A stretch of DNA of 64,000 bases, from NCBI RefSeq assembly GCF_009834535.1, contig NC_045696.1, positions 20,834,001 to 20,898,000 on the forward strand, in the 5' to 3' direction. The notes under the pieces are model-generated. The model saw only the letters and a program-made list of their open reading frames with translations, had not been told where the DNA came from and ran no database searches. This document shows, in pieces, positions 1 through 13,868 of the stretch. This DNA comes from Camelus ferus. Its lineage: Eukaryota. The translations under genes and the position numbers were made by a program. The first letter of the stretch is position 1. Every line of letters begins with the position of its first letter.

Positions 1-1989
1 TATGGACTTATTTACAATGTCATTAAAGTTTCAGGGAAGGACTTGAGAACCAAACAGGTATAGGGCTTATTTGGCTGGATTTTAGCTTTCATTAAATACG
101 CTTACCTGTTTTTTCCCTCTAGCCAAAATTGAGCAGCCGTTCTTTCCACTTAGCCTTTAGTGCACTTTGTTTCCCATTAGGCATTGTAAAATTTTTAGCT
201 TAAGTGCTGTACTCTAAAATGTATTTTTCTTAAGTAGACCTAATAATATACTCCCAAAGCTTTTCTCTGTGAAACATTCATCTGTAAAGCAGACTAAATA
301 GTTGTGCTGTGAAATCGATTACTTGGGCAATGAGGCAGAGCCTAGTCTTTGATATTCAAAGATAATTCTCTGTCCTGGCACTAAGTAGCTCTATTACATA
401 CAGGTAATTTCTATTTTCCAGAATGCTAGATGCTCAAAATAGGAAAAAGCATTTATTGTTTGAATTCAAATACATGTATCATTAATAAAATAATTTGTAT
501 ATTATTATGTATTATAGTGTTAGAAGAAGGTGTCTATTTTATTGATTTATAGAGGCTTTAAAAAGTATATTTTTATATGTCAAAGACCTATAGTATATTG
601 GTTGACAGTAACAAAATTGTCTAAAAATTAGGCAAACTCATCTGTGTGTATCTAGATACATCTTCATCTGTGTGGGATGAAATTGGATTTTTTAAAACTT
701 GAAACTAAGAATTAGACTTAGACATCTATTTAAAAAATAGCAACAAAGGGCCAGTGCATTTCTCAACTCTTAGCCAGTTCTACAAGTGTGTAATACTGCA
801 ATTAAATATGGTTACTTTAAGTTATTCAGATACCACAAAGAATTGGATTGTCAAATGCGGCTCCCAGGAATCAGAGATACTGCCTGACATCAAGCTTTAC
901 TAATTTCTTCAAGGACAGGAGAGATCAAGCTGCACAGGTGAAGCAGGGAGTCTGGGGATGCCTTGATTCATCATTCAGGTCCCTTCTTCTCCGACCTTCT
1001 TTGGCCCAGGTTAACAGATGAGATTTCCGCATAAGGCGTGCACACCCAGATGGAGCAATTTAGTTCCTAAAACATTTCCATTTTACACTCAGATTGTTGT
1101 GTGTCTTACATGACATTTTCCAGGGAAACATGCAGGTAAATCCAGAGATTCTAGACTTGTTTGCTTTTGGGAAGCCTAACCAACCGGATGTATTCTAATA
1201 AAGCATTCCAAAGATAAGTCCTCCATCACTGCCAAGACCAGTAGGTTTCTCTTTACTGTTCTTAACAAGAGATGAGTCTTGTAACCTGCCTAGTTTCCTT
1301 CTTTAGTGTTCCTTTCCCTCTACAATGGGATTAAAAGTTTTATAGGCCAGCTGTTTAACCCTTTCCTCCCCAGTAGTGTTTGAGGATTTTAGATTTTCCC
1401 TTTCACTCTCAGCAAACTGTAAAAGGCTTCTGTTCAATCTTCAAGGATGGCATTTAATGTCCAAGAACTGGATTTATTCACTGTGTCACTGAGTTATTTG
1501 TTGTTGTATATTTTTCAATCATTCAGCACTTATGGGTAGTTTACTATATGACCGTAATTGTTTATTATGATTGTCTTGAGGTGAATATAGATATTTTTTG
1601 CCCCAAAATTAAAGTGATTATGACTAGACCATCAACCTCAATTAAGAGGAAGTAAGTTTATGTTATAAATACGAATGATGTAGTAAAAAGTTAAAAAACA
1701 TTCTGTAGTAGGTGATAATTATTTTTAAGGTTCTACTTCTATTGTACATTGATGAGAGGAAGCTAAATTGAAAGAGATTAATATTAAAATGGAAAATAGA
1801 ATGGAGCCTACAGCTGTTCAGCTGTTATTGTTCATTTATTAGGTCAGCTTCAAATTCATAATTAAAAAGCAGTATTATTTCTGTTGTTACAATAAGAATA
1901 TTGATAATACCTGCTCCTATACCCAAGACATCGTATCATGTACTCTTCCTAAATTATATCTGGTTTTAGACTGGACTAATTAAACTTTT

Positions 1990-2779
1990 GTTGAGATAAT
2001 GCTGTATTACAAAAACTCCCCAAAATACCAATAGCTAAAAAACAAGCGTTTATTTCATACTTGGAGGTCTGCATGTTGGCTGAGATTAAGCCAGTCTCGT
2101 CTGTGGTCAGCTGGATACATCTGGGCTGGGCTGGACTCCAGACTTTTAATTAAATTGAAGTATAGTTGGTTCACAATGTTGTGTCTATTTCTGGTGTACA
2201 GCATAGTGATTCAGTTATATATATATATATATATAGTCTCTTTCATAGTATTTTTCATTATAGGCTATTACAGGGTATTGAATATAGTTCCCTGTGCTAT
2301 ACAGTAGGACCTTGTTGTTTACCTGTTTTATATATAGTAGTTAGTATGTGCAAATCCCGAACCCCCAATTTATCCACCCCTCGCCTTTGCCCCCTGGTAA
2401 CCATAAGTTTGTTTTCTATGTCTGTGAGTCTATTTTTGTTTTGGGCTGCAGACTTTGACCTGAGTCCAAATCACCTCCGTGTGGGACCGTGGCTGAAGGT
2501 GGAATCCAGGCTGAAACTGCCACATTAACCTGGGGCCTGCTTCTTTATGGCAGGTAGTAAAGGCTCCAATAAGACTACGTGATGCTGGCCATATCTCTTA
2601 CAGCTTCATTTCACAACTTGACCCACTTTTAACTCTTGACTCTTTGACTCTTCTTTCCAGCCGCCAAAGTCTCATGTTTAATCAATGAGGCATATGAAAG
2701 TATAATGAACTCACAAGGAAGTCATGGTGAGGTTGTGTAGAATAGAAATAATTTGGGGCAAATAATACAGTCTGTCACA
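1990..2779 (-). mobile_element. Old MaLR LTR (MLT1K/L-like), split by an L1 insertion at 2147-2441
   Basis: Starts with MLT1-type 'gctgtattacaaaaactccccaaaataccaatagctaaaaaacaagcgtttatttc', resumes after the L1, ends 'aatacagtctgtcaca'. Confidence 0.6.
2147..2441 (-). mobile_element. 5'-truncated young L1 3' end (Cetartiodactyla type)
   Basis: 'aattgaagtatagttggttcacaatgttgtg...ccataagtttgttttctatgtctgtgagtct', homologous to the copies at 32103 and 59480. Target-site duplication TGGACTCCAGACTTT (2132-2146) / TGGGCTGCAGACTTT (2442-2456), 13/15 match. Confidence 0.9.
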
Positions 2780-3142
2780 TACAGCAGTGGATAGTCTTTT
2801 TTTCCCCGAAAGTTTCAGTACCAAATAAAATGAAAATTCACCAGTGAAGAGGCTTAGCATAGTAGTGCATTCCAGACTTTTGCAACTGTTATTTCACCAG
2901 TGAGGAGATAAAGTATTGGTTTGATTATTCTTAAAATTGCCATTTGTGCATTTAGTTTTTGGTGAAGGAGTCAACATTTAAAATATCTCTAGAACAATAG
3001 AATGCTGATAGCAACAGAGACCAACCAGGCACTGAGGTCATTTCTGTGACCTAATATGGCATAGTTGTAAGAGAATTAATTGCTCTTGTTCTAAATTAGG
3101 AAATCTGAAGATGATTTTCTTTAGCGAATGTTACATGAGGAC

Positions 3143-3748
3143 CGTTTAGTTTTCTATGCTTGAGTAACAAATTATCATAAACTTAGTGGTTTGAAACAGC
3201 ATTTTTTCATTAACTCTCAGTTTCTGTAGATGAGAAGTGCAGACGGGCTCAGCTGGGTCTAAGCTTAATTTCTCACAGGGCCAAAGTCAAGATGTTAAGT
3301 CAAGATGCTGAGTTCTTACCTGGACGCTCTGGGGAAGAATTTTATTCCAGTCTTTTTCAGGTTGTTGGCTGAATTCAGTTTCTTGTCATTTCAGCACTGA
3401 AGTCCCTGTCCCCTTTCTGGCTGTCAGCCAGTAATGGCTTTCCATTTCTAGATGTCACCTGCATTCTTTTTCATGCACTCTTTCCATTTTCAAGCCAGCA
3501 GTGACATGGTCAGTCTTTCTCAAATACTCCTGACTTCATCTTCTGCCAACAGTGAGAAAACTCCTTCTTTTATAGAGCTCATGGGATTACATTAGCATCA
3601 CCTGAACAATTTCTCTTTTTTACTGGTCAACTCCTTTGTAATCCTTCCTGCATTTGCAACATCTCTTTTTCCATGTAATATTACAATCATGATACTAACA
3701 CCTGGAGGTAAAGGTCATGGGGGACATCTTAAAATTCTGCTTAACACA
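3143..3748 (-). mobile_element. MaLR LTR (MLT1D/E-like), near full length
   Basis: 'tagttttctatgcttgagtaacaaattatcataaacttagtggtttgaaacagc...gttgttggctgaattcagtttcttg...ggggacatcttaaaattctgcttaacaca'. Confidence 0.8.
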
Positions 3749-6700
3749 GGGAAAATCCTTTTTTCTGACACATTTGATATTCAAATTCATTTAATAGCAG
3801 AATTACAGATTAGTCTTTTAAATATTTTTCCTCATAAAGCTATCAGATTTCCATTTTTTTAGAGGATTTTCTCCAGTTTGCTGTTCAGTAACACCAGTTA
3901 AGTTGTCTTCATTATTATTAAGAATGGCATATATATTAAAGAAATTGTCATTCATTACTTTTTTATCTTTTTGAAGACATAAGCTGACTTGGTAGATGAA
4001 AACTGACATCTTTAAAGGCACAAAAATATTATAATTTTCCCACAAAATTGTAGACACTCAAAGAATACTAATGTAATCACTATAAAAGTGTTGAGTATAT
4101 CTAAGACCTTACTTAGGTAATTAATCTGTGTGCTTACACAGACTATAAAGCTTAGCAGAAGAATCCAAGCCAAGAGATGTTCAGTACAGACTTCCCCACA
4201 AAAACGTTGTTTAATAATAATGGCCAAACTTTTAAAATAAGATACTGAAAATGCTCCAGTTAACAGGGCATACTATTATATAGATATCACTCTGTCTAGA
4301 GCAAGATCCTACCACAAAGATTAATATCAAGGACACAATGATGACAGATGCTTCACGAAACACCAAACCCAGGTCAATTAACTTGTGAGACATTATAAAG
4401 TCTGTCTTCTCTTTGTTTGAAGCATGAATGACTGTAATTGAAGATCCAAGGTGGCTTAGGGAGTACCCATTTTTCCCATGAAGCTTTAGTCTTTTGTTTA
4501 GAAAGTATGAAGAAAAACAGCTCTTACTAGTATCTGAAGCATTTCTAAAATAGTCGCTATTTTTTTTAACATTTTTAAACATTTTAGTATTATTATAAAA
4601 TAAAAATGGTTTAAAATAAAATAAAACAGTCACTAACTATGGCCACTAGAAATATAAGCAGCCAAGTTGGCCATCTCCACAGTATCTAGGGGCCACCTAC
4701 ATTCCATTTCACATAGCTGCCTCCATTTTTAAGCCAGTGATGGGATGGTGAATCCTTCTAGTGTTTCAAATCTCACTACCCAGCTCCTATTGATGTCAGT
4801 CTAACTTGCTGCAACCATTCTTTAAGACATACATGGCTACTCTAAGTTGAAATAAGTATCAGGTCTTCTGTAGTCAAAGAACCACTGACTCTCATATCCT
4901 CAGACTGGTCATCCAATGCCAAGTACAAGTGTTGAGACTGTAGCCAACTGTATGTACTGCTTTCTTCCTGACTGAATGCTAAAATGGTACCTCACCCAGT
5001 ATGATCTTGGGCTATAGTTGCAACCAGAATCCAGGCATCACCACTGAGGAGGTTCTGGGCACAGCTGACCTTTACATTTATTTAAAGAGCTGTAAAATTT
5101 CATGTGCAAGTAGATTTTGACACAGGCAAATTTGTCAGATTAGCATCCACATGTGAGTCTGGGGCATAATTTCTTTTATCCTTCGTTCTTCCTAAGGATC
5201 GATTTTCTGTAATTGATTTTAAGTCATAATTTTACTCAAGGTAACTATGGCAAAACTTTCACCTACTCACCATACATGCTTCTTTATCCAAAGAAGCAGC
5301 TCCTCTTACCAGCTGCTTTTTCTCTGTCAGGGATTATGTTTCCTCTATAACAGATAAATATAGATGTCATCAGGCTGAAAAAAAAATTCAGTAGTATTCC
5401 CCTCCTTCCTCCAGTGCTTACTCTGATATTTCCTTGCCTGTCCTGCCTATATTCAGTTTGCCAGTCTATCCAGTGGAGGTTATCCAAACCATGATTTATG
5501 CTCAGGTCATCACCTCATCGTCTTTTTTCACTTACTGCAATAAGCATCCATTTTTACTATTCCACGGAATGACTCACAAATGTAACCCCCATAAACCCAC
5601 TGATTGCTCAATCAAACGGATACATTTTAATTCTTGTTTAATCTCTCTAAAGTGTTCTGTACGTTTGGCATGTCTGCTATGTAGTGATTCTCCTTTCTCT
5701 TTATTTATGACATCAAAATTCTCACTCCAGTTTTCCTAAATATTCTTTCTCAAGTGTCTACATTTAATCTCCTTTCTTTGACTGCCCTCTCATTATTCCC
5801 AGAATCGCATTATCCACTTGTATCCAAATTTAAAAGTATTTCAAATAAAAACCAACATTGAATAATTTGAGGAAGAAATTGTTTGCATTTCTTTTAAGGT
5901 AGATTTAATCACTGTTGGATGACAATAAATGCCCCTAAGAAAGTCTGCAAATAGCACTGCCGTGGAAAGGAATATAATATAGGAACATTCTTATATTAAC
6001 AAGACATCATCAGATTATCACTGTGTCCCATGGAATTTTGATTCATTTGATTCCAGAAGAAAACATTAAAATTTAGTAATATCATCTGAGAACATCTGTT
6101 GTAAGAAAAAGTGAATTTAAAAATAATCTTGTCTCATAAATACTTAGAAAAAATGAAAAGGTTTTTAGACGAGAAAAGAAGGCTTTTTAATGAGGCTAGA
6201 TTGATTTGAAATGGTAGAAAATTTAGAGATGCTACAACCAACAAATATGTTGAAGTACGAAAACAAGAAAACAATATCTAAATTATGAGTGACATTTAAA
6301 CCATGCTCTCCTCCAGTCAGAACATAATGGCTTCAGTCAGATCTCATTAATATGTATGGATATTTCATATTTATGGAGAAAAGCTTTATTTCATTTTTTT
6401 AATATTTTACAATGTAATTCTATATAAAGCCTTAATAAATTTAGCACAGAAGGCACATGAACATTTAGTTTAGCTTTTTCTTCAGAAGCAGTAGAACAAA
6501 ATAAGGTTTCAGAGGGAAAGAGAAAGACGTGATAAGTAAATAAATAGAAAAGGGACATTGTTACTCTCTTCCTTGTGATATGAAATCAGGCCCAGATGAA
6601 GCATAAGAAAAGGTGATCATGACTATGATCAGTGAAATGATGTAGTGTTTTTAATGTACTAAATTACCATATGCATTGTCTAGTCTATCACTTACAGTAG

Positions 6701-8654
6701 TGACTGTCAAAGGAAAAGAGAAACAAAGTAAGCATTGAAAGGCAAAATGGAAATTACTCCTACTTAGTCAAAAGGCCCATTGCAGAATATGTCTAAGTGG
6801 TAAGATGACCTTCCCTGTGTATATAAAATTATAATGCAAAACATATGTTTGACAAAAAACTTATCTTTCAATCAAAATAAATTCAGTGCTTCTCCTTTGA
6901 GTATTTTATGTGAGGATTGTATATAAATGGATAGTTGGCCAGTGTTGAAATTCTCTGTATAAATTACAAAAGGATACTGAAATAATCTGTCTACAGAATG
7001 TAATAGAATTTAGGTGAAAAACAACTATTCTTCCTACTGAGTAAACTTCAAATGACCAGTCTGCTGAGAAAGCAAGCAGTACATATTTTGGTGATAATTT
7101 AAGAAACTATAAAAATTATATAGAAATGTCAGCATTCCAAACGTTGAAGGGAGTTTAAAATTTTAGTCTGTATAGTTTGTTTCAGGAATAAAATAATAAA
7201 GGACCTAAAGGTTCAAGCGCACTCTGAAATGCCCTGGAAATGTTTAAGATAACCATGCATTTTAGTGCTATTTTCCATACTTCTGGAGATTCTCAGTTTT
7301 CCTTTAAAATAAATAAATTCAACAACTTCTACTTTGCACAGGAGTAAAAGACTTGAAAGTGTGATGTCTCATACCACCGTGGAAGTGTCTAATTGCTACT
7401 TTTTTAACGCAAATTAATTTTCTCATATGCTCAATGTAAGTATCATCCAATTTTCCTCTCTGTGGCCTTTTGCTTAAGGAATAATTACATTGCTGACATT
7501 TTTAATTAAAACAGTGCTATCTATTTTAAAAAGCATTAAGCCTGCCATTGATTTTAGATCCTGAATAAAATTTTCATTGATGAATCAGGAGATGTGTCTT
7601 AATACTCTATGAAGCCTGTATGTATTAGCATACAATTTAAACTGAATAGTATTCAGAACAAAAGTCATTTTTAAAAAATCAATAGCATCATTAAAATTAA
7701 GATCCTAATACAATGAAGCACATTTTATATGTGTAGATATATATATAAATATATATATATTTATGGTTCATTTTAATGAAGCTATCACCTAATAATTTTC
7801 ATTGACAATTGAATATTAGAGATTTAACATTTTAGAAATCTTTAGAGGTCTGAAAAATAATCTGTGATTTACTATGTATTTATTAGATACATTTCCAAAT
7901 TCTAGAGAATGTTTTAAACTCTTAATGAAGAGAATCTGTGAGCCACTTATCAAATACATTGAGAATATATTATACTTTACTATTTAATATTATAAAGTAT
8001 GCTTCTAAAAAAAGTGTGGGGAGGGAATGGACAACTAAACAGACCTATGAATTCTGAAAGGTAGTAATCTCAGTGGGCAGAAGGAATCTCAGTAGTCTGT
8101 AAATGAGGACAAAGCAGAGATTTAGTCAAGTATGTAGCAAAAGAATCTCACCTAAAAACCCCCCTCAAGCTCTGAGAATCTGGTTAGAGGTGACTTCTAA
8201 TCTAACACATATGGATCTATATTGCAAAGTGAGGGAACGACTATGACCAATCTTTGGCAGTTATATATAACTTGACATTGGTTTCAAGAATCATCTTACT
8301 CTTAATATCTTACAGAGTGGACAGATGAAGTCAATATGCACATCTTAAGTGAATGTCATGAAGGGGAAAAGGCAGTTCTTATTCATAGTTACTGTAAATT
8401 TAAAAAGGGTTTTAAAACCAAAGATATCCCTACAATATAATTTCTATGGCTACCTCCTTACTCCTTATATCCGCCCTAGTGTGTTCTTTGTTCTTTATTA
8501 TTAAGTCAGAAGTTGTATAGGCTTAAAGATTCAATTTCATATATATTTTTTTTCCTGGAATTAAGAAGTCAGAATAACACTCTGAAATCATACATATATA
8601 TGATTATATTACCTGCATTTAGTGTTTAAATTAAGTTTAAATACTTTTTGCTTA

Positions 8655-8740
8655 CAAAAATGGGCAGAAGACCTAAACAAGCAATTCTCCAATGAAAACA
8701 TACAAATGGCCAGTAGGCACATGAAAAAATGCTCAGTAGC
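8655..8740 (+). mobile_element. Young L1, ORF2 C-terminal part upstream of the LTR insertion
   Basis: 'aaaaatgggcagaagacctaaacaagcaattctccaatgaaaacatacaaatggccagtaggcacatgaaaaaatgctc' encodes [26 protein letters not shown], typical L1 ORF2. Confidence 0.9.
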
Positions 8741-9364
8741 TGTGGGAGCCCATGACTGGGTTAACAAATTGTAACAGATCCCAACCGCTTATCTCCTTAA
8801 AGAAGATGTGCTTATTAACTGCCTTGAGGTTTTAGCAATGACCCAGGCCCTCGGCTATAAACGCTGGGCGTGCCTGCTGTTAGTCTTCTATCCCCAAACA
8901 GCCTTGGGCTGGAATGGTAAACAACTTATAAAAAGCTGCAGACTCAGAGGTGAGAAGGCTGGTTAGCCAATGACAGGTAAGATCCCCGGAGGGGGGCAAC
9001 CTAAGGCAGGAACAGCCGCCTGAGTCCAAGTTGTCAAGCAGCTGATTCGCATACATTCCGTGCTGAAAGAGCGCTGAAAGGCTCAACAGGAACATGATTC
9101 ACCAAAAAGGGTCTTCTGACCTTGAGCCAAACACCAACAATAAACAAAGCTTTTGTACTCATTGTGATCCCACCCTGTCCTTCCCTAAATTCCTGCATTC
9201 CTCCTTTGACTGTACTCAATAAATACGGGAGCTTTGAGAGGCTCCTGGAGTTGGCTCTGGACTCCCTCTGGCTCTCTTGACTTTTTCCACAGAGTGTTGA
9301 GTAATTCATTCCATCTCGGTGGGACTTCTGCTGGCCAGAACCCACAACTGGTGACGAACCCACA
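8741..9364 (+). mobile_element. ERV LTR (probably ERV2/beta-like) inserted in L1
   Basis: Inverted termini TGTGGG...CCCACA; 6-bp TSD AGTAGC (8735-8740) / AGTAGT (9365-9370); CCAAT and AATAAA inside; removing it restores a contiguous L1. Confidence 0.88.
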
Positions 9365-10186
9365 AGTAGTGCTAATTATCAGAGAAATGCAGATCAAAAC
9401 TACAATGTGGTATCACCTCACACCAGTCAGAATGGCCATCATTCAAAAGTCCACAAATGATAAACGCTGGAGAGGCTGTGGAGAAAAGGAAACCTTCCTA
9501 CACTGTTGGTGGGAATGTAGTTTGGTGCAGCTATTATGGAAAACAGTATGCAGAGTCCACAAAAAACTAAAATTAAACTTACCATATGATCCAGCAGTCT
9601 CACCCCTGGGCATATATCCATAGGGAACTCTAATTTGAAAAGATACATGCATCTCAGTGTTCATAGCAGCACTGTTTACAATAGCTAAGACATGGTAACA
9701 ACCTAAATGCCCACTGATGACTGGATATGAAGATGTGGTATATTTATACAATGGAATACTACTCAGCCATAAAAATAATAAAATAATGTCATTCACAGGA
9801 ACATGGATGGAGCTGGACATTGTCATTCTAAGTGAAGTAAGCTAAAAGGAGAAAGAAAAATACTATATGATATCACTTACATGTGGAATCTAATAAAAAA
9901 GACAAATGAACTTATTTATAAAACAGAAACTGACTCACAGACATAGAAAACAAACTTAAGGCTGCCAGAGGGGAAGACGGTAGGAGGGGATAAATTGGGA
10001 GTTTGAGATTTGCAGATACTAACTACTATATATAAAATAGATAAACAAGTTTGTACTTTATAGCACAGAGAACTATAGTCAATATGAAATGAATGTATGT
10101 ATATATGTGTATAACTGAACTATTATGTCATACACCAGAAATTGACACAACATTGTAAACTGACTATACTTCAATAAAAACAAAAA
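9365..10186 (+). mobile_element. Young L1 ORF2 end, 3'UTR and A-tail
   Basis: Translates to [27 protein letters not shown]...CWWEC...LPYDPA (L1 ORF2 C-terminus); ends 'gaaattgacacaacattgtaaactgactatacttcaataaaaa'. Confidence 0.93.
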
Positions 10187-12699
10187 TCAATCAACATGAG
10201 AAAATAAAATATTTCTTAACGAATCATCTAGTGTTGTACATAGGCAGACATACAGTTACTCAGAAATTAGACTTCTGTCTCAAATTCAGACCTTGAATAA
10301 GCTCTTCACATTTATGACAGTCATGATTTCATTTTGTTAGTGTTTATTTAATCTGACAACACAACATAGACTTAACTGTGCTCCAATAATTTCTTTGATT
10401 TAAATTTACTCTACTGTTAAGGAATTGGTGTATTGCATGTATGGCTGGAGGCTAATTGTGATTTTTCCCCACTATGATAGATTATAGGTGGTAATACATG
10501 TTTTCAAAGCTTTAATTTTCTTTAATTTGAGCCTCTTTCAGATAATTCTCATGTTTTTACAGCTCTAGGCATTAAGCAGTGGGTGGAATTTAATGAAAGC
10601 AGCTGATTTTATTAATGCAAATATAGCAGCTGCATCAAATTCCTGTTTAGAAGATATGATGGTTGGGAAGGGGGATGGTCACAGCATTTCTTACTGCCTT
10701 ATGACTACTTTTCATATTGATAGAACAGACAAAAAGTTCTGCCCCATTAGGGAATTTTTAGAAGTCACAATGATGAGGTGAAACAACATATTAAAAGATG
10801 AGGAAAAATACTGAATAATTCATCCATAAATCAGCATTTAGGTAAAAACTGCATTTGTCAATTATTGGCCTAAGGAATAACATTCCTTGGTAATGAAAAT
10901 AATTACTGGAATTAAAATAAACTCCAATCTAGCTAAGGAAATAATCCATTTCTAATTTTTTAATTAATTTAAATTTATTTCTGAAACATTTACGAACTAT
11001 GAAAATTCTTTATTTTAGCCATTATTATCTCATTTTATAAGTTTAAATTTAAATGATTCACTCCATATAGACTGCATTTTGAATCTGAATGATGAGGTGT
11101 ATAAATATAGATCTGTATACATATGGAAAATGTTCTCTATATTATGTAGAAAATTTTTGTTGAGCATGAGAAAATGAGCCCAGGGAAATTAATTTAACTT
11201 TTTCTGCTTATATAAATATACAAAATATTTAATTACTATATACCAAAGATCAAAGAATTTAAATAGGGAAAGCAGTAATGTAATATTTTTTGTATTTTAT
11301 TTGCATTGTATTTAATAACTTTATTGAATTTCCAAATACTGCTTGTATAGATGTAAATTGGTAAAGTCTTTCTTCCAAAACATACAAAGTGAGTCAAAGA
11401 CAAGAAAAAGGCAATATAAACTTCGATATAAAAGTCAATCTGCTCCAAATGCACTCTAGAATAATTCAACAAATATTAAAAGAAAATGATACAAGATAGT
11501 TTCTTGTAGCTTTCCTAATATTTGGAAGTTTGCAATAGAGAAAGGACAGATAAAAAAGATAATTTCAGTTAGGGTTGAGTATTGTAAAGGAAGTAAAATA
11601 GGAACATTTGATTTGATTTGATTCTTAAATGATGGGAAACAGCTTACCAGTGCAATAGTTCTAGATGAAGTACAAGCAAATGATAAGGAACTGAGATGAA
11701 AATAAGCTTGGCAGTTTCAAAGATAAGAAAAATCAATGTGTGCTAGGCACGTACAAAAGGGAGAGGAGAGAGATGGGGCAGGAGCATCCTAATCTTGGGT
11801 GATATATGCCATGGTAGCAGAATCTGAAGATGGGAACTGATTTTTAATAGATGTGCAACTCCTGTTGGAACTTGTGGAATTAAAAAGTCAGAATAGCACT
11901 CTGGAACCAGATAATAATAGTGTTTTAAGCCCTAGGAAGGTTTATGAACTTATTTAAATGTGCACCAAAGCTACCAAAAAGATTGGAGAAGTACCACTTC
12001 ATATTTTAAAGGACCATGCCTTCTTCTGTTGGGAGAATGTACTCTGATGTGGGGATATGTTAAGATTTGAAACACTGAGATACATTAGAAACTGATATAG
12101 TAATATAACTTATATTAATACATTTATGACCTTCTGAATACTTCAGTTCATTTGTTTATATTGTATTCTGATGATCATGATAACTATTAAAGTTCCACTG
12201 CAGCAACCAGAAAAGCTCATTCCATTGCAAAAATTACAATTTTAAAGACACTAAAGCGCAATGGAACAACAATGAATCAAATTGGAATTCCAGAGATGGG
12301 GAATTCCATCTTCTTCTGTTAACCGAATATCCTGTTTTGGCTATTTTCTCTTGGTGACATTTACTGATTATAAGCTGGGACCAGGAAAGGACTTGACTCT
12401 GGGTCAGACTTAGCCCATGCAGAGGAACTTCACTGGAAGTGAGGAACACCGTAAGCCTTTTCGAGCTTTACAGAGTTGATGGAAGAAGCAGACAACATAA
12501 GAATAACCCAATGTAGCCAGTTTCCCCGAGGGACAAATTCTGAATCTCAATCTACGGGGAGGTGGCTTGTTTACTAGTAAACTGAGCAATATCTCCTATG
12601 ATCGTATTGTACTTAAGACAAGTCCCACTAGAGAAATGGAGCCTACTTCAAAAGGCAATTATTTTTCTCCTCAGTATATTTGCAAGATTTAGAAACAGG

Positions 12700-13275
12700 A
12701 GGAGGCAGGAATTTTTAGAGTTGAACTTAGAATTTCTCCAGGTCAGAATCTCCCAGGTTTTCAGGGCTGAGGAAAGTGAAATCTGACAGGCTCCCCATCC
12801 AAAGATTAAAATGCAACAATAAGGCACCCCAGGAACAGAGACAGGCCAAAGGTAAATTGAATCTTATAAAGACTGTAGCCCAGAGACAACCCAATTCAGT
12901 CCCTGTGTAATTCGAAATCAGCTCTTTACCCTATCTTCCTAGAGAAGAAAGGAAAGCCCTCTTTGTCAGGCTCTGCTTCTTTAAAGAATAACCAGACACA
13001 CAATTATTAAGTAAAAGATGACTAGTAATAAATAGAAATAGATGAAGTGATAATCCAAATAGTGATCAGAATATAAAGAAGAACATATTAATATGCTCAG
13101 TATAAGAAATGACAAATGGATGAAAGATAAGTTCAATAGAAAATTTTAATCTATAAAAATGGAATCAAATGTATATTTTAGAACTGTTAAATACAATATC
13201 TCAAAGAAATAAATAAAACCTGTTGAATGAATTGAACAACAGGCTAAACACGGAAGACCAAATTTGTGTACTTTA
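12700..13275 (+). mobile_element. Ancient L1M 5' end / ORF1 fragment
   Basis: 'aatctataaaaatggaatcaaatgtatattttagaactgttaaatacaatatc...tgaattgaacaacaggctaaacac' resembles the ORF1 coiled-coil region of old L1s. Confidence 0.55.
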
Positions 13276-13429
13276 TGATATGCACTTTATTGTAAATAAA
13301 GTGTGTAAAATGTAAACATTAAATATATAGGTATACATAAGCATTAACCATGATCATGTGTAGAATTGCTACTGACTTTTTTTTTCATTTTTCCTCTCTT
13401 CTTTTCTGTTTTGATTAGTATCAATTACT

Positions 13430-13868
13430 GTTTTAGACTGGATAGTTGGCAGCAGCTACTGAAATAAACAACCCCAAGATCTCAGTCCATTAACACAGCA
13501 CTTTTTTCTCCTTTCCTATGATAAATAAAACGCTGATATTTCTCAACAAGCAGCCCTCTCCTGAACAGCTCTCTACTAAGTGATGACTCAGGGACCCAAG
13601 TTCTTTTCATCTAGTGGCTTCGCAATGGCCCAGGTCAAGTCCCCTGCATCTTTTGGTTTGACAGTGAAGAGAACCTTGGGAGAATTGTGCAGTCGCCACC
13701 CTCAGTAACACACACAGCACTTCCATTCACTCCCTAGCGTGTAGTGGTATCTTGGTTCCGCTGGGAACCAGGAAATGGAGTGCCTGGTAGGTGGCTCACT
13801 CCCTCAAACAGCTCTGCACAACAGAAAGGGAGCATGCATCTGCACTTCAGCAAGCAGTCTTTGCCACA
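13430..13868 (-). mobile_element. Old MaLR LTR (MLT1J/K/L-like)
   Basis: 'aaacaaccccaagatctcagtccattaacacagca...tgactcagggacccaagttcttttcatctagtggct...agtctttgccaca'. Confidence 0.7.

Noticed and set aside
2166..2528. 120-aa ORF, and the similar ORFs at 32122, 36480 and 59514 that look like a paralogous family
   Set aside because: They are antisense readings of the same L1 3'UTR; the similarity comes from the repeat.
3818..4633. Three adjacent minus-strand ORFs (79, 71, 133 aa)
   Set aside because: Composition reflects AT-rich DNA, no recognisable domain and no convincing splice structure.
9234..9623. 129-aa ORF fusing the LTR end to L1 ORF2
   Set aside because: Non-ATG start and an early stop in decayed ORF2; a by-product of the insertion.
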